A stretch of DNA of 64,000 nucleotides, from the NCBI GenBank assembly GCA_038060295.1, contig JBBTHR010000019.1, positions 1,582-65,581 of the forward strand, written 5' to 3'. Of this stretch, positions 41,782 through 51,472 are shown in pieces. The notes below the pieces were generated by a model that worked only from the letters and a program-made list of their open reading frames with translations, was not told where the DNA came from and did not search any database. The position numbers and the translations under genes were made by a program. The stretch is from Candidatus Eiseniibacteriota bacterium. GTDB lineage: Bacteria; Eisenbacteria; RBG-16-71-46; SZUA-252. Position 1 is the stretch's first letter. The number at the start of each line of letters is the position of its first letter.

Positions 41782-43589
41782 GCGCTCATTCTCCATTTCT
41801 CCTCCGGGGCCGGTGGCGTCGTCGACGCAGCAGCCGGCCCTTCGATGGGCACCTCGAAGATCAGACGCGTGCCGCTGCCCGGACGGTTTTCGGCCCAGAT
41901 GCGGCCTTCGTGCGCCTCGGCGATCTCGCGGCAGAGGGCCAGACCGAGGCCCGTGCCGCCCGTCCGAGGATTGGTGTGACTGGCTTGCGTGAACTTGTCG
42001 AAGATGAGCTCGAGCTCGCCCTCGGGCACGCCCATGCCCGAGTCATCGACGACCACGCGTGCGAATCGCCCAGAGGTTTCTGCGCGCATCGTCACATGCC
42101 CGCCCGGTGGCGTGAACTTCGCCGCGTTCGAGAGAAGGTTCCGAAATACCTGTAAAACCTTCATCTGATCGGCGCAGATGGGCGGTAGGCCATCCTCGAT
42201 GTCCACCTCTAGGGTCAACTGGCGATCGTTGTAGAGGGAGGCGAACTCGTCCGCGGCCGCGTTCGCGACCTCGTCGAGAGACACCTCCGCGAACTCGAAC
42301 TTCATCCGGCCCGCGTCGAACTTCGCCAGGTCCAGCAGATCGTTCAACAGCGCCAGCAGGCTCTGGCCGCATTCCTCGACCTGCCTGAAGTTCTCCAACA
42401 GCTCCTCGCGCTCCGCCGTCATCGCCTCGCGAAGTCCGAACCGCGAGTAGCTCAGGATTCCGTGCATCGGAGTCCGCAGCTCGTGCGAGATGTTGGCGAG
42501 AAACTGCGACTTGGCGACCGCTGCGGCTTCGGCCGCCTCACGGGCCTCGATGAGGCTTTGGCGCTGCGCGAAGAAATCCCTGACCAACCTGGCGAGATGC
42601 CCGAACTCGTCGTGCTGCTCCGTCGTGCGGCGGAGCAGAGCGGGATCTTGGCGGCCCAGAGAGGCGGTGATGACGGCGAGGGGACGTCCGACCCATCGGG
42701 AGATGGCCCCCGCGAACACCAGAAACGATACCAAGGCGCCGCTCAGCATCACGATCAGGGACAGGCGGAGCGCGTCGCGCACCCGCGGCGCCATCGGATA
42801 GGTCGTTCGATACAAGAGTGCAGCAACGGGATGGCCGTCGAGACCCATGAGCGGTATGGCGATTCCGATCCGCCCCGTCGCGGCCGAGCCCGCGGATCCG
42901 GCGGCGATGGAGCCAGGGGACTCCAACGATGCCGTTCCGTCCGAGAGCCTGGCCAGCTCCCCGAGCCGCGCGGTCGTCCACAATCGGCCGATGATGTAGT
43001 AACCGCTGGGGGGGCTCTTGCGTGAGAAGTCCTCCGACGGCTGGATGGAGGAGGTCCACACTTCGAGCACGCCCTTGCGCGTCCGGGCGAAGAAGTGGCT
43101 GATCGGACTCGCCTTCAGGGCGGACGCGAAGGTCGTGAGCGGCACGGGAAGGGGGGCGAGAGCCGGGTCTTCCGTCTGGTTGGCGGTGAAGACAAGGTCG
43201 AAGCGGTCGTTCAGCACCCAGGCGACGTTCACGCCGAAGTTCGCGACGCTCTCCGTCAGATTAATCTTTCCCCAGTGCGGGTCGGGGCGCTGGGCAAACG
43301 CCACGAAATCGTCCCACTGCGAATAGTCATTCGCGTGGATGCGCGCGCCGCTCGCTCGGAGGTCCAGGATCCTTCGCAGCACACGGTCGGTCTCCGCGAC
43401 ACGCTCGCGGAACAGCAGGTCGACCTGGGATTTCTGGTTCTCCTGTATGGCGATGAAGATCGTGGTGGAGACCGCCGCCAGGGTCGCCAGCAAGATCATC
43501 ATGCGCGCCTGCACGCCAACCGCGCGCGACGCCTTCGGATCATCTGCAGCGGGCGTCGCTGCCTTGGAAGTGTCCGACGGGGCAGTCAT
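41778..43589 (-). CDS. Sensor histidine kinase with a periplasmic domain of about 250 aa
   Basis: Two TM helices, the HisKA motif SHELRTPMHGI and the HATPase motif GGTGLGLALCREIA. Confidence 0.8.
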   Translation of the reverse strand: MTAPSDTSKAATPAADDPKASRAVGVQARMMILLATLAAVSTTIFIAIQENQKSQVDLLFRERVAETDRVLRRILDLRASGARIHANDYSQWDDFVAFAQRPDPHWGKINLTESVANFGVNVAWVLNDRFDLVFTANQTEDPALAPLPVPLTTFASALKASPISHFFARTRKGVLEVWTSSIQPSEDFSRKSPPSGYYIIGRLWTTARLGELARLSDGTASLESPGSIAAGSAGSAATGRIGIAIPLMGLDGHPVAALLYRTTYPMAPRVRDALRLSLIVMLSGALVSFLVFAGAISRWVGRPLAVITASLGRQDPALLRRTTEQHDEFGHLARLVRDFFAQRQSLIEAREAAEAAAVAKSQFLANISHELRTPMHGILSYSRFGLREAMTAEREELLENFRQVEECGQSLLALLNDLLDLAKFDAGRMKFEFAEVSLDEVANAAADEFASLYNDRQLTLEVDIEDGLPPICADQMKVLQVFRNLLSNAAKFTPPGGHVTMRAETSGRFARVVVDDSGMGVPEGELELIFDKFTQASHTNPRTGGTGLGLALCREIAEAHEGRIWAENRPGSGTRLIFEVPIEGPAAASTTPPAPEEKWRMSA

Positions 43590-43593
43590 CGGG

Positions 43594-44742
43594 CTAGCCC
43601 GCGGCCGCCCCGGCGGCCGTCGCGGGCAAGTCGAGACGGAAGGTCGCACCACCGCCGTCCCCGCCCTCGACCGCGATGCTGCCTCCATGCTGCCCCACGA
43701 TCGAGCGCGCGATGGCGAGACTCAGCCCGTGTCCATGGCTGTGGTGCGCGACGTCGGCGACCGCGAACTCCTCGAACAGGTGCGGGAGCAGCTCCGGTGC
43801 GATCCCGGGTCCCCGGTCGGATACCGAGAGGATGGAACGCGAATCGGAGGTCCACGTGCGCACGACCACCGTTTCGCCCTTCGGGCTGACGCGGATCGCG
43901 TTGTCGAGCAGCGCTCCGACGGCCCGCTGCAAATGCTTTGGGTCTCCATTCACCGGAGCGGGATGTTCGATCTCGAGCGCAACCCGGATTCCCGCGCTCT
44001 CGGCCGTCTCGCGAGCACTTTCGATCGCGGCCTGAGCGATCGACCTCAATTCCTGTCGTTCCGGCACGAAGGGGACCGAGCCCGCCTTGAGTTGGCTGAG
44101 GAACGAGACCCTCTCGAAGAGAGCGAGCAGGCGACGCGCGCCCGATTCCACCATGGTCAGGATCCGGCGCTGCTGGTCGGTCACGCCGGGGCTCTCGAGG
44201 AGCAGCGCGATGGGACTCAGAATGACGGTGAGCGGCGTGCGAGTCTCGTGGCTCAGGAGATTGAGCACATCCGTCTTGAGGCGGTCCACCTCCTCGACGG
44301 ACTTGAGGCGGAGGTAGACGCGCACTTTTGCCAACATCTCTTCGGGGTCGAAGGGTTTGACCATGTAGTCATCCGCTCCCGCCGCGTAGCCCTCGAGACG
44401 CTCGGAGGTCATCGCCTTCGCGGAGACCATGATGATCTTGGTCCACGAGAGCCGTGGGTTCGCCCTGAGGCGCCGGCAGGTCTCGTAGCCGTCGATCCCC
44501 GGCATCATGATGTCGAGGAGAACGAGATCCGGTCGGAGTCGATATGTCGCCTCGATGGCCTCTTCACCCGACGCGACGGGCACGAAGTCGTAATCCTGGC
44601 CGAGAATCTTCCGGAGGATCGCGAGATTGCGGGGATTGTCGTCGACTCCGAGAATCAAAGGTTTGATCGACACGGAATTTTTCCTATGGAGGGGGACGGG
44701 GCGGCCCACGTCGGGACTCGATCCACGGACCGGCCGGGTCAT
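43594..44742 (-). CDS. Response-regulator/histidine-kinase hybrid (N-terminal REC, then HisKA-HATPase)
   Basis: LVLLDIMMPGIDG (REC), LSHETRTPL (H-box) and a C-terminal GHGLSLAIARSIV. Confidence 0.75.
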   Translation of the reverse strand: MTRPVRGSSPDVGRPVPLHRKNSVSIKPLILGVDDNPRNLAILRKILGQDYDFVPVASGEEAIEATYRLRPDLVLLDIMMPGIDGYETCRRLRANPRLSWTKIIMVSAKAMTSERLEGYAAGADDYMVKPFDPEEMLAKVRVYLRLKSVEEVDRLKTDVLNLLSHETRTPLTVILSPIALLLESPGVTDQQRRILTMVESGARRLLALFERVSFLSQLKAGSVPFVPERQELRSIAQAAIESARETAESAGIRVALEIEHPAPVNGDPKHLQRAVGALLDNAIRVSPKGETVVVRTWTSDSRSILSVSDRGPGIAPELLPHLFEEFAVADVAHHSHGHGLSLAIARSIVGQHGGSIAVEGGDGGGATFRLDLPATAAGAAAG

Positions 44743-45000
44743 TCATGTTCAGGTATCGGCATCGCGCTCAGGGACGTTTAGCCGGATTCGGATCCTGATT
44801 GACGCACGGACATTCCTGTGTTTGGGTGACGGGCTCGGAGCCAAATCCTCCTTATCTGTATCTGTGCTAAGGCAGCGCGCGCGGGGCGCCGATACATCCG
44901 AGGGTAAACCGTCGACGCCGGGGCACTTGTTCGGGCCAGCAACGGAACCTCGACCACGGGCCCCTACCGAAGTCGTAGGTGCCACTCACGGGAGCGGACT

Positions 45001-47187
45001 TTGGCTAGTGAGTCTCGCGATCACGCTTCAGCGTCATTTCGGTACGTTTCTCCCTACGCCGGCGCGGCAGCCATTGGTGTTGGGACCCTCGTGCTTCTGG
45101 GGTGGCAGTTCGGCAGCCCCCTTCTGAAGAGCATCGTCCCCGGGCTCGTCGCGATGAACCCCGCCACGGCCCTGGGCTTCATCCTCTCTGGTCTCTCCCT
45201 CCGACTCCTGCACTCGGGGCAGAGGTCCGGTCGTTCGTGGGGCATCGGACAGGCCTGTGCCTGGGCCGTCGTAATCCTCGGTTGTCTGAAAGTCGTCGGG
45301 GTCATTGTCGGGTGGGACTCGGGCATCGACCGGCTGCTGTTCTCCGGGAAGTTGAGCGCCGACGCGAGTCTCGTTCCCAATCGGATGGCGCCGAATACCG
45401 CGCTAAACTTCGTGCTCGTCGGCCTGGCCCTGCTCACCTTGAACGTGGAGGTGAAGGGTGGGCACCGTCCATCCAAGTACTTCGCCCTCGTGCCGCTCCT
45501 CCTCTCTCTGCTGGCGTTAACCGGCTATGCGTACGACGTTCGGTCCTTCTATGGTCTCAGCTCCTACATCCCGATGGCTCTCAACACCGCGCTGACCTTC
45601 CTACTCATATCCACCGGCATCCTCCTGGCACATCCGGACCGGGGCCTGACGCGCGTGTTCACGAATGATGACCTCGGCGGCTCTCTTGCGCGGCGGCTGT
45701 TTCCGTTCGCGGTCGGCGCGCTGCTCGTGCTCGGCTGGTTACGTCTTCAGGGAGAGCGGCTCGGCCTCTACGATGCGCAGCTCGGCGTCTCGCTGACCGT
45801 ATTCGTCAGCAGCGTGCTCATGGGAGCCGTGATCTGGACGAGCGCCCACTCCTTGAGCCGGGCCGACGCCGACCGGAGGCGAGCCGCGGATGCCCTGCGG
45901 AGCGCGCATGACGGGCTGGAGCTGCGTGTCCAGGAGCGGACCGCTCAGCTTTGGAACGTCAACCGGGACTTGGAGCGCGAAATCGCCGAGCGCGAACAAG
46001 CGGAGGCGGCGTTGCGCGCGAGCGAGGAGCAGCTCCGCCAGGCGCAGAAGATGGAAGCGATCGGGAGGCTCGCCGGCGGGGTGGCCCACGACTTCAACAA
46101 CATGCTGACGGCGATCATGGGCTACAGCCAGCTCATACGTCTCCGGATGTCGCCGCATGATCCGGCGTACGGCAACACGGAGGAGATCGAGAAGGCCGCG
46201 ACGCGAGCTGCCTCGCTGACCCGCCAACTCCTCGCCTTCAGCCGGCAACAGGTGCTTCAGCCGAGGGTGCTGGACCTCAACGTCCTGATCGGGGAGATCG
46301 ATAAGATGCTGCGGCGTGTGATCGGGTCGGACATCGACCTCCTGACCGCGCCCGGGCCATCGCTCGGCCGCGTGAAAGTCGATCCCGGTCAGGTCGAGCA
46401 GGTACTCCTGAATCTCGTCGTGAACGCCCGGGACGCGATGCCGCGGGGCGGCAAGATCACTATCGAGACCGCGAACGTGGAACTGGACGAGACATACGCC
46501 CGTGGGCGGGTCGGGGTCCGCGCGGGGCGGTACGTCCTGCTCGCCGTGAGCGACACCGGCTGCGGGATCGACTCCGAGACCCAATCGCGAATCTTCGAGC
46601 CGTTTTTCACGACGAAGGAAGCCGGCAAGGGAACGGGCCTCGGCCTCTCGACCGTCTACGGGATCGTGAAGCAGAGCGACGGCCACATCGAGGTCTACAG
46701 CGAACCCGGACGCGGCGCCGCATTCAAGATCTACCTACCGGTGGCCCTGGGGCCTCTGGAGGTGATCGAGTCGTTGAATCCAAGCGTCGGTCCTCGCGAT
46801 GGATCGGAGACCGTGCTCGTGGTGGAGGATGAGGATCTGGTGCGCGCGGTGATCCGAAAATCCCTGGAACTCCACGGCTACAAGGTGATCGAGGCGCGGG
46901 ACGGGAGGGAGGGGCTTGACCTGCTCGAACGGGACTCCACGGTCGTCGATCTCATCGTGACCGACGTGATGCTGCCTCAGATGTCCGGCCTCGAGCTTGC
47001 CCAGCGCGCGGCCCGGCTGAATCGGGATCTCAAAGTCCTCTACATCTCCGGCTACACGGACAAGGCGATCGTCCACCAAGGAGTGCTCGCTGCCGGGGCG
47101 GCCTACCTTCAAAAACCATTCGTGCCCGACGCGCTCGCGCGCAAAGTGCGCGAGGTGTTGGATGGGGCTCGCACCGAGGCCGCCTGA
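45001..47187 (+). CDS. Hybrid sensor histidine kinase with a multi-TM N-terminal sensor, a coiled coil, HisKA-HATPase and a C-terminal REC
   Basis: [14 protein letters not shown] (H-box), [13 protein letters not shown] and a C-terminal REC ([13 protein letters not shown]). The true start may be at the ATG at 45154 because the first 50 codons have low GC3. Confidence 0.7.
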   Translation: MASESRDHASASFRYVSPYAGAAAIGVGTLVLLGWQFGSPLLKSIVPGLVAMNPATALGFILSGLSLRLLHSGQRSGRSWGIGQACAWAVVILGCLKVVGVIVGWDSGIDRLLFSGKLSADASLVPNRMAPNTALNFVLVGLALLTLNVEVKGGHRPSKYFALVPLLLSLLALTGYAYDVRSFYGLSSYIPMALNTALTFLLISTGILLAHPDRGLTRVFTNDDLGGSLARRLFPFAVGALLVLGWLRLQGERLGLYDAQLGVSLTVFVSSVLMGAVIWTSAHSLSRADADRRRAADALRSAHDGLELRVQERTAQLWNVNRDLEREIAEREQAEAALRASEEQLRQAQKMEAIGRLAGGVAHDFNNMLTAIMGYSQLIRLRMSPHDPAYGNTEEIEKAATRAASLTRQLLAFSRQQVLQPRVLDLNVLIGEIDKMLRRVIGSDIDLLTAPGPSLGRVKVDPGQVEQVLLNLVVNARDAMPRGGKITIETANVELDETYARGRVGVRAGRYVLLAVSDTGCGIDSETQSRIFEPFFTTKEAGKGTGLGLSTVYGIVKQSDGHIEVYSEPGRGAAFKIYLPVALGPLEVIESLNPSVGPRDGSETVLVVEDEDLVRAVIRKSLELHGYKVIEARDGREGLDLLERDSTVVDLIVTDVMLPQMSGLELAQRAARLNRDLKVLYISGYTDKAIVHQGVLAAGAAYLQKPFVPDALARKVREVLDGARTEAA

Positions 47188-47290
47188 TTCGCTGCCGGCG
47201 GCCGCAGCGGGCGCCGGGAACCCCACCGAGGCGCGCTGCCGGATGTCGTTCTCCTCTCGCCCCGCCTGGGGTAGGATGCGCGGTGAACCC

Positions 47291-48070
47291 ATGGCCTTTC
47301 CGAACTTCCGCAACAAGCACGCGCACGAAGCCCTGGTCACACCCCGGGCCTTCCTCGCGTACGCCCGATCGCGGGGCACCGTCCCGAAGGGCTGCCCGCC
47401 CGAGGGGCTCATCATCGCGTACCACCGAAATCTCATGCGGTACGTGCTCCAGCACCATCGAACCCGGAGGGTGAAGGGGTTCTTCGGGGAGATGTTCCTC
47501 CTGCACGAGACCCGCAACCGGGTGGCCATCATCGGAAACTTCGGCATCGGGGCACCCGGTGCCGTCATCCACCTCGAGGAGTTCATCGAATGGGGTGTGC
47601 CGAAGTTCGTTTCCGTCGGCACCGCCGGCGGACTCCAGAAGGGCCTCAAGATTGGTGACCTCGTCCTTTGCGAACGGGCGATCCGCGACGAGGGGTGCTC
47701 CCACCACTACCTCCGGCCCTTGAAGTACGCGTACCCCTCGCCAGCGCTAACGGACCGGGTCCGAGCGGCCCTTCAGGCGGGCCGCCTCAAGTTCACGAGT
47801 GGCACGAGCTGGTCGATCGATACCCCCTACCGCGAGACCGTCTCCGAGGCCCGACGGTACCGGCGCCAGGGTGTGCTCACGGTCGAGATGGAGGCCGCGG
47901 CATTATTCGCCGTGGGGAAGTACCGCAAGGCGCAGGTGGCCTCGCTCTTCTCGATCAGCGATTCTTTGGCCGAACTGCCCTGGGAGCCGAAGTTCCACCT
48001 CCGAAGGAACCAGACCGGGCTCGAGAAAATTTACCGGGTTGCGGTCGAGGCGCTGGCAACACAAGGCTAG
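47291..48070 (+). CDS. Nucleoside phosphorylase (PNP/UDP phosphorylase family 1)
   Basis: GFFGEMFLLHETRNRVAIIGNFGIGAPGAV...VGTAGG...EMEAAALF, the family pattern. Confidence 0.6.
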   Translation: MAFPNFRNKHAHEALVTPRAFLAYARSRGTVPKGCPPEGLIIAYHRNLMRYVLQHHRTRRVKGFFGEMFLLHETRNRVAIIGNFGIGAPGAVIHLEEFIEWGVPKFVSVGTAGGLQKGLKIGDLVLCERAIRDEGCSHHYLRPLKYAYPSPALTDRVRAALQAGRLKFTSGTSWSIDTPYRETVSEARRYRRQGVLTVEMEAAALFAVGKYRKAQVASLFSISDSLAELPWEPKFHLRRNQTGLEKIYRVAVEALATQG

Positions 48071-48107
48071 GCGGCCGCGGGGTGAGGTAGATTCCGCGGC
48101 CGCGGAG

Positions 48108-48584
48108 TTATGACTCGGACGCCGCGGAAGCGACTTCAGCCGCGCCGAGGATCTCGATCGCGTCACCCGGCCGGACCGTGCCCGCGCGGAGCACCTTGCC
48201 GAAGATTCCTTCCTCGGGGAAGACGCACTTGCCCGTGAGCTGCATGATCTCGCAGCCGCTGTGGCACTTCTTGCCGATCTGGGTGATCTCGAGAAGCGCG
48301 TCGTTTCCGATCCGAAGCCGCGTGCCGACAGGGAGGGCCTTCAGCACGATCCCACGAGTCGTCAGGTTCTCCGCGAAGTCCCCGTGCTCGACCGTGAGAT
48401 TCCAGAGCGTCCGCGCCCGCGCATAGCTCTCGTCACCCAAGAGCGAGACCTGCCGGTGCCAGGCGCCAGCGTGGGCGTCGCCCTCCAGCCCCCAGTTCTC
48501 GACGAGCGAACCCTCGGCGATTCTCTGCTTTCGCGTGCGCCTCGCTTCCGAGCGGCAGACGGCGACGATGGACGGTTCGTTCAA
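48108..48584 (-). CDS. MOSC-domain protein (YiiM-like)
   Basis: The TTG start has GGAGG 5 nt upstream and overlaps the moeA stop (TTGA). SLVENWGLEGDAHAG...HRQVSLL and C-terminal IGKKCHSGCEI are present. Confidence 0.6.
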   Translation of the reverse strand: MNEPSIVAVCRSEARRTRKQRIAEGSLVENWGLEGDAHAGAWHRQVSLLGDESYARARTLWNLTVEHGDFAENLTTRGIVLKALPVGTRLRIGNDALLEITQIGKKCHSGCEIMQLTGKCVFPEEGIFGKVLRAGTVRPGDAIEILGAAEVASAASES

Positions 48585-49810
48585 GCGCGCCTCCAGGGAA
48601 GGGGGTGGACCCGCACCGGGGATCCGGCCGCCAGCGGGCGGCCCGGTCCTGGGGGGACGACGACGAGACAATCGTTCCCGAGAAACGAGCGGAGGAGATT
48701 CGAGCCCTGCCGTCGGTCGACGGTGACGCGCCAACCGCGTTCGCCCTCTTCCAGGCGCCCACGCAGAAATCGCGTCTTCGACTCGACGCGCGTGACCGGC
48801 GCCGTGAGCCGCGCGATCCACGTCTCGGGCGCTCCATGCGCTTCACCGAGCATCGCGCGAAGGGCGGGGCGCACGTATTCGCAATAGCAGACCACCGTGG
48901 AGGCGGGATTCCCCGGAAGGCCGAAGACCTTCACGCCGCGGCGGCTCCCGAAATAGAGCGGCTTGCCCGGCCTTTGAGCCACGTTCCAGAAAATCGTGCG
49001 CGTCCCGAGCGACGAGAGCGCGGGCCGCACGAGGTCGCGCTCTCCCACTGAAACGCCTCCGGTCGCGACCACGAGGTCGGCGCGCGCGCAGGCGCGCTCC
49101 AGGGCTTTGCGGATGTCAGTCGCCCGATCGCGCGCGTACGTCACGAGTGACGGCGAGATCCGGAACTCCTTCAAGGCCGACGCGAGAAACGCGGCGCTCG
49201 AGTCGTGGACCGCGTAGTCGGGCAACGAGCGCGCAGCCGGCGGGCGGACCTCGCTCCCCGTCACCACGATCGCCACGCGAGGCGCTCGGCGCACCTCGAC
49301 CTGCCGCACGCCGAGGATCGACAGGAGCGCGATCGCTCCCGGCTGGAGGCGCGTCCCTTTCGGGACGATGATGTCGCCGCGGCGGCAATCCTCCGCTGCG
49401 CGCCTCACGTTCCGTCCCGCGCGCACGGGACGCGTCACGAGGAGCGCGCCACCCTCGAGACGCGCCTCCTCCTGTGGCAGAACGGCATCCACGCCCGCCG
49501 GAAGCGGCGCGCCGGTCATGATGCGCACGGCGGCGCCCGACGCGAGGTGCGGGTCGGGTTTCGACCCCGCGAAAATGGCGCGCGGACGGAGCCGCAAACG
49601 AACCGGGCGCGCCCTCGTGGCGCCCCGTGTCGCTCGGCTCGAGAGGGCGTAGCCGTCCATGGAGGATGCCGTGAAGCGGGGTAGGGCGAATGGCGCGCGG
49701 AGATCTCGGATCGTGATCCTCCCATCCGCGTCGGGAAGCCGCACTCGTATGGCCGGCATCGGCCGCGTCCGCGCGAGGATCAGCCGCAGCGCTTTCGCCG
49801 CCGGAATCAC
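48581..49810 (-). CDS. moeA: Molybdopterin molybdotransferase MoeA
   Basis: FTASSMDGYAL and LVVATGGVSVGERD are present. The GTG start overlaps the tauE-like stop (GTGA). Confidence 0.8.
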   Translation of the reverse strand: MIPAAKALRLILARTRPMPAIRVRLPDADGRITIRDLRAPFALPRFTASSMDGYALSSRATRGATRARPVRLRLRPRAIFAGSKPDPHLASGAAVRIMTGAPLPAGVDAVLPQEEARLEGGALLVTRPVRAGRNVRRAAEDCRRGDIIVPKGTRLQPGAIALLSILGVRQVEVRRAPRVAIVVTGSEVRPPAARSLPDYAVHDSSAAFLASALKEFRISPSLVTYARDRATDIRKALERACARADLVVATGGVSVGERDLVRPALSSLGTRTIFWNVAQRPGKPLYFGSRRGVKVFGLPGNPASTVVCYCEYVRPALRAMLGEAHGAPETWIARLTAPVTRVESKTRFLRGRLEEGERGWRVTVDRRQGSNLLRSFLGNDCLVVVPPGPGRPLAAGSPVRVHPLPWRRA

Positions 49811-50559
49811 AGCGCCTTCGCTCCGTTCAGGACCGCCACGACGACGAGCACCGCCCCGAAGACGCGCTGCGTCCACACCGTCGGGAGCCATCGCACGGCG
49901 GCGAACGCCCCGGCGATGGCGCCGACAACCGCGGCGGCGCCGAGCGGGATCCAGAGGTCGAGCACGGGCTCGATGCGGGTCAGGTGCCCCGCGAGACCCG
50001 CGGCGGAGTTGAAGAAGACGAACCCGCTCGTGATCGCGGGGACGGTCTCGAGATCGCCCGCGCCTCGAAGAAGGAGAATGGGGGCGAGGTAGACGCCGCC
50101 ACCGATCCCGGTCATTCCCGCGAGGAGGCCGATCCCGAGGCCGACGATCAGAAGCGCGCCGTTCGACATTCCACCTCGCCCGCCGTCACGCGCGACCGCG
50201 CGGCGGAGCCTCGATCCAAGCAGGAACCGCAGTCCCGCGAGGAGAAGCGCAAACGCGAGGAGGAACAAGAAGTGACGCTCGCGCAGGGGAACAAGCCCGC
50301 CGGCGAACGCCGCGGGGATCGATGTCGCGAGAAGCGGCGCGAGAATGGAGTAGGGAACGCGGCCGGCGCCATGAAAGCTCGCATACGCGCTTCCCGCCAC
50401 GAGGAGATTCAAGCTCAGCACCAGGGGAGGAATCTGGGTATAGGGGACGTCGGTGAGGCTCAGGACCGCTGCGTAGGCGGTGGCGCCGCCGAGGCCGACC
50501 GACGCGTAAGCCGAGGCAATCAGCGCGAAGGCCGGTAGCGTCCAGAGCGGGGCGTTCAT
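49807..50559 (-). CDS. TauE/SafE-family anion exporter embedded in the MoCo operon
   Basis: A 250-aa, 8-TM protein with an internal repeat (GLGGATAYAAVLSL and GIGGGVYLAPILLL). The ATG overlaps the moaC-mogA stop (ATGA). Confidence 0.7.
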   Translation of the reverse strand: MNAPLWTLPAFALIASAYASVGLGGATAYAAVLSLTDVPYTQIPPLVLSLNLLVAGSAYASFHGAGRVPYSILAPLLATSIPAAFAGGLVPLRERHFLFLLAFALLLAGLRFLLGSRLRRAVARDGGRGGMSNGALLIVGLGIGLLAGMTGIGGGVYLAPILLLRGAGDLETVPAITSGFVFFNSAAGLAGHLTRIEPVLDLWIPLGAAAVVGAIAGAFAAVRWLPTVWTQRVFGAVLVVVAVLNGAKAL

Positions 50560-51470
50560 TCGGGGTGCCCCCCGCCGGCAATCATCGCCGCCGCGTGAAG
50601 GAGCGCCGGGAGGAGCGCGGCCAGCGATTCGCGGACCCCCTTGGGACTCCCGGGCAGATTGACGATCAGCGTCCGGCCACGGATCCCCGCGATGCCGCGA
50701 GAGAACATCGCCTTCGGCTCCCGCGCCTGGCCGAAGCCGCGCGCCGCCTCCGCGATGCCGGGCGCCTCGCGCTCGATCACCGCGCGGGTGGCCTCCACGG
50801 TGACGTCCCGCGGCCCCAATCCGGTGCCACCCGTCGTCAGCACGAGATCGCACGCGCCTTCGTCGCAAAGCCGGCGCAGCGTCCGATCGATCACCTCCTG
50901 GTCGTCGGGAATCGACTCCGGCGCCGACGCCGCGACGCCATGCGCTCCCAGGATCTCCACGATGGCCGCGCCCGAGGCGTCCTTCCGGCGGCCCGCGGCC
51001 ACGCTGTCGGAGATCACCACGACCGCGGCGCGGATCGGCCTCTTCGGCGCCTCGCCTCGGTCGGACGCGCCCCCACGCTTCTCGAGGAGCCTGACATGCA
51101 CGATCTCCAAGTCGTCGTCGAGCGGCTTGAGCATGTCGTAGAGGGTGAGCGCGGCGACGGTCGCGGCCGTGAGCGCCTCCATCTCGACGCCGGTCGCCCA
51201 CACCGCCGACACCGAGGCCGTGACCGCGATCGCCTCGGGTCGGATCTCGAACGCGACCTCGACGTGCGTGAGGGGAATGGGATGGCAGAGCGGGATCAGC
51301 TCAGGCGTTCGCTTCGCCGCCAGGAGACCCGCCGCGCGCGCCGCTTCGAGCACGTTTCCTTTGGGCACGCTGCCATTCCGCACGCGCTCGATCGTCTCCG
51401 GCCGGGCGCGCAGGAGCGCCTCGGCGCGCGCCGTGCGGTGGGTGCTCGGCTTCCCGGAGATGTCGCGCAT
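50556..51470 (-). CDS. moaCB: MoaC-MogA/MoaB fusion (cyclic pyranopterin monophosphate synthase fused to molybdopterin adenylyltransferase)
   Basis: The N-terminal half is MoaC (LIPLCHPIPLTHVEVAF...GVEMEALTAATVAALTLYDM). The C-terminal half is MogA/MoaB (AAVVVISDSVA...VLTTGGTGLGPRDVT...NLPGSP). Confidence 0.8.
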   Translation of the reverse strand: MRDISGKPSTHRTARAEALLRARPETIERVRNGSVPKGNVLEAARAAGLLAAKRTPELIPLCHPIPLTHVEVAFEIRPEAIAVTASVSAVWATGVEMEALTAATVAALTLYDMLKPLDDDLEIVHVRLLEKRGGASDRGEAPKRPIRAAVVVISDSVAAGRRKDASGAAIVEILGAHGVAASAPESIPDDQEVIDRTLRRLCDEGACDLVLTTGGTGLGPRDVTVEATRAVIEREAPGIAEAARGFGQAREPKAMFSRGIAGIRGRTLIVNLPGSPKGVRESLAALLPALLHAAAMIAGGGHPE

Positions 51471-51472
51471 CG

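Noticed and set aside
44743-45000. A possible small RNA or tRNA in the 258-bp intergenic region before the 45001 kinase (local hairpin cctac-N7-gtagg, tandem tatctg).
   Set aside because: There is no cloverleaf or known motif. The region is likely promoter or 5' leader, and the kinase start itself is uncertain.
49807-51201. 464-aa minus ORF. Similar N-terminal over-extension occurs for 33136-35418, 14379-15023, 17894-20836, 20814-23252, 50556-51950 and 59929-62040.
   Set aside because: The N-terminal extensions are Arg/Gly-rich and overlap neighbouring real genes. Starts were reassigned to internal ATG/GTG codons, with signal peptides or canonical N-termini as guides.
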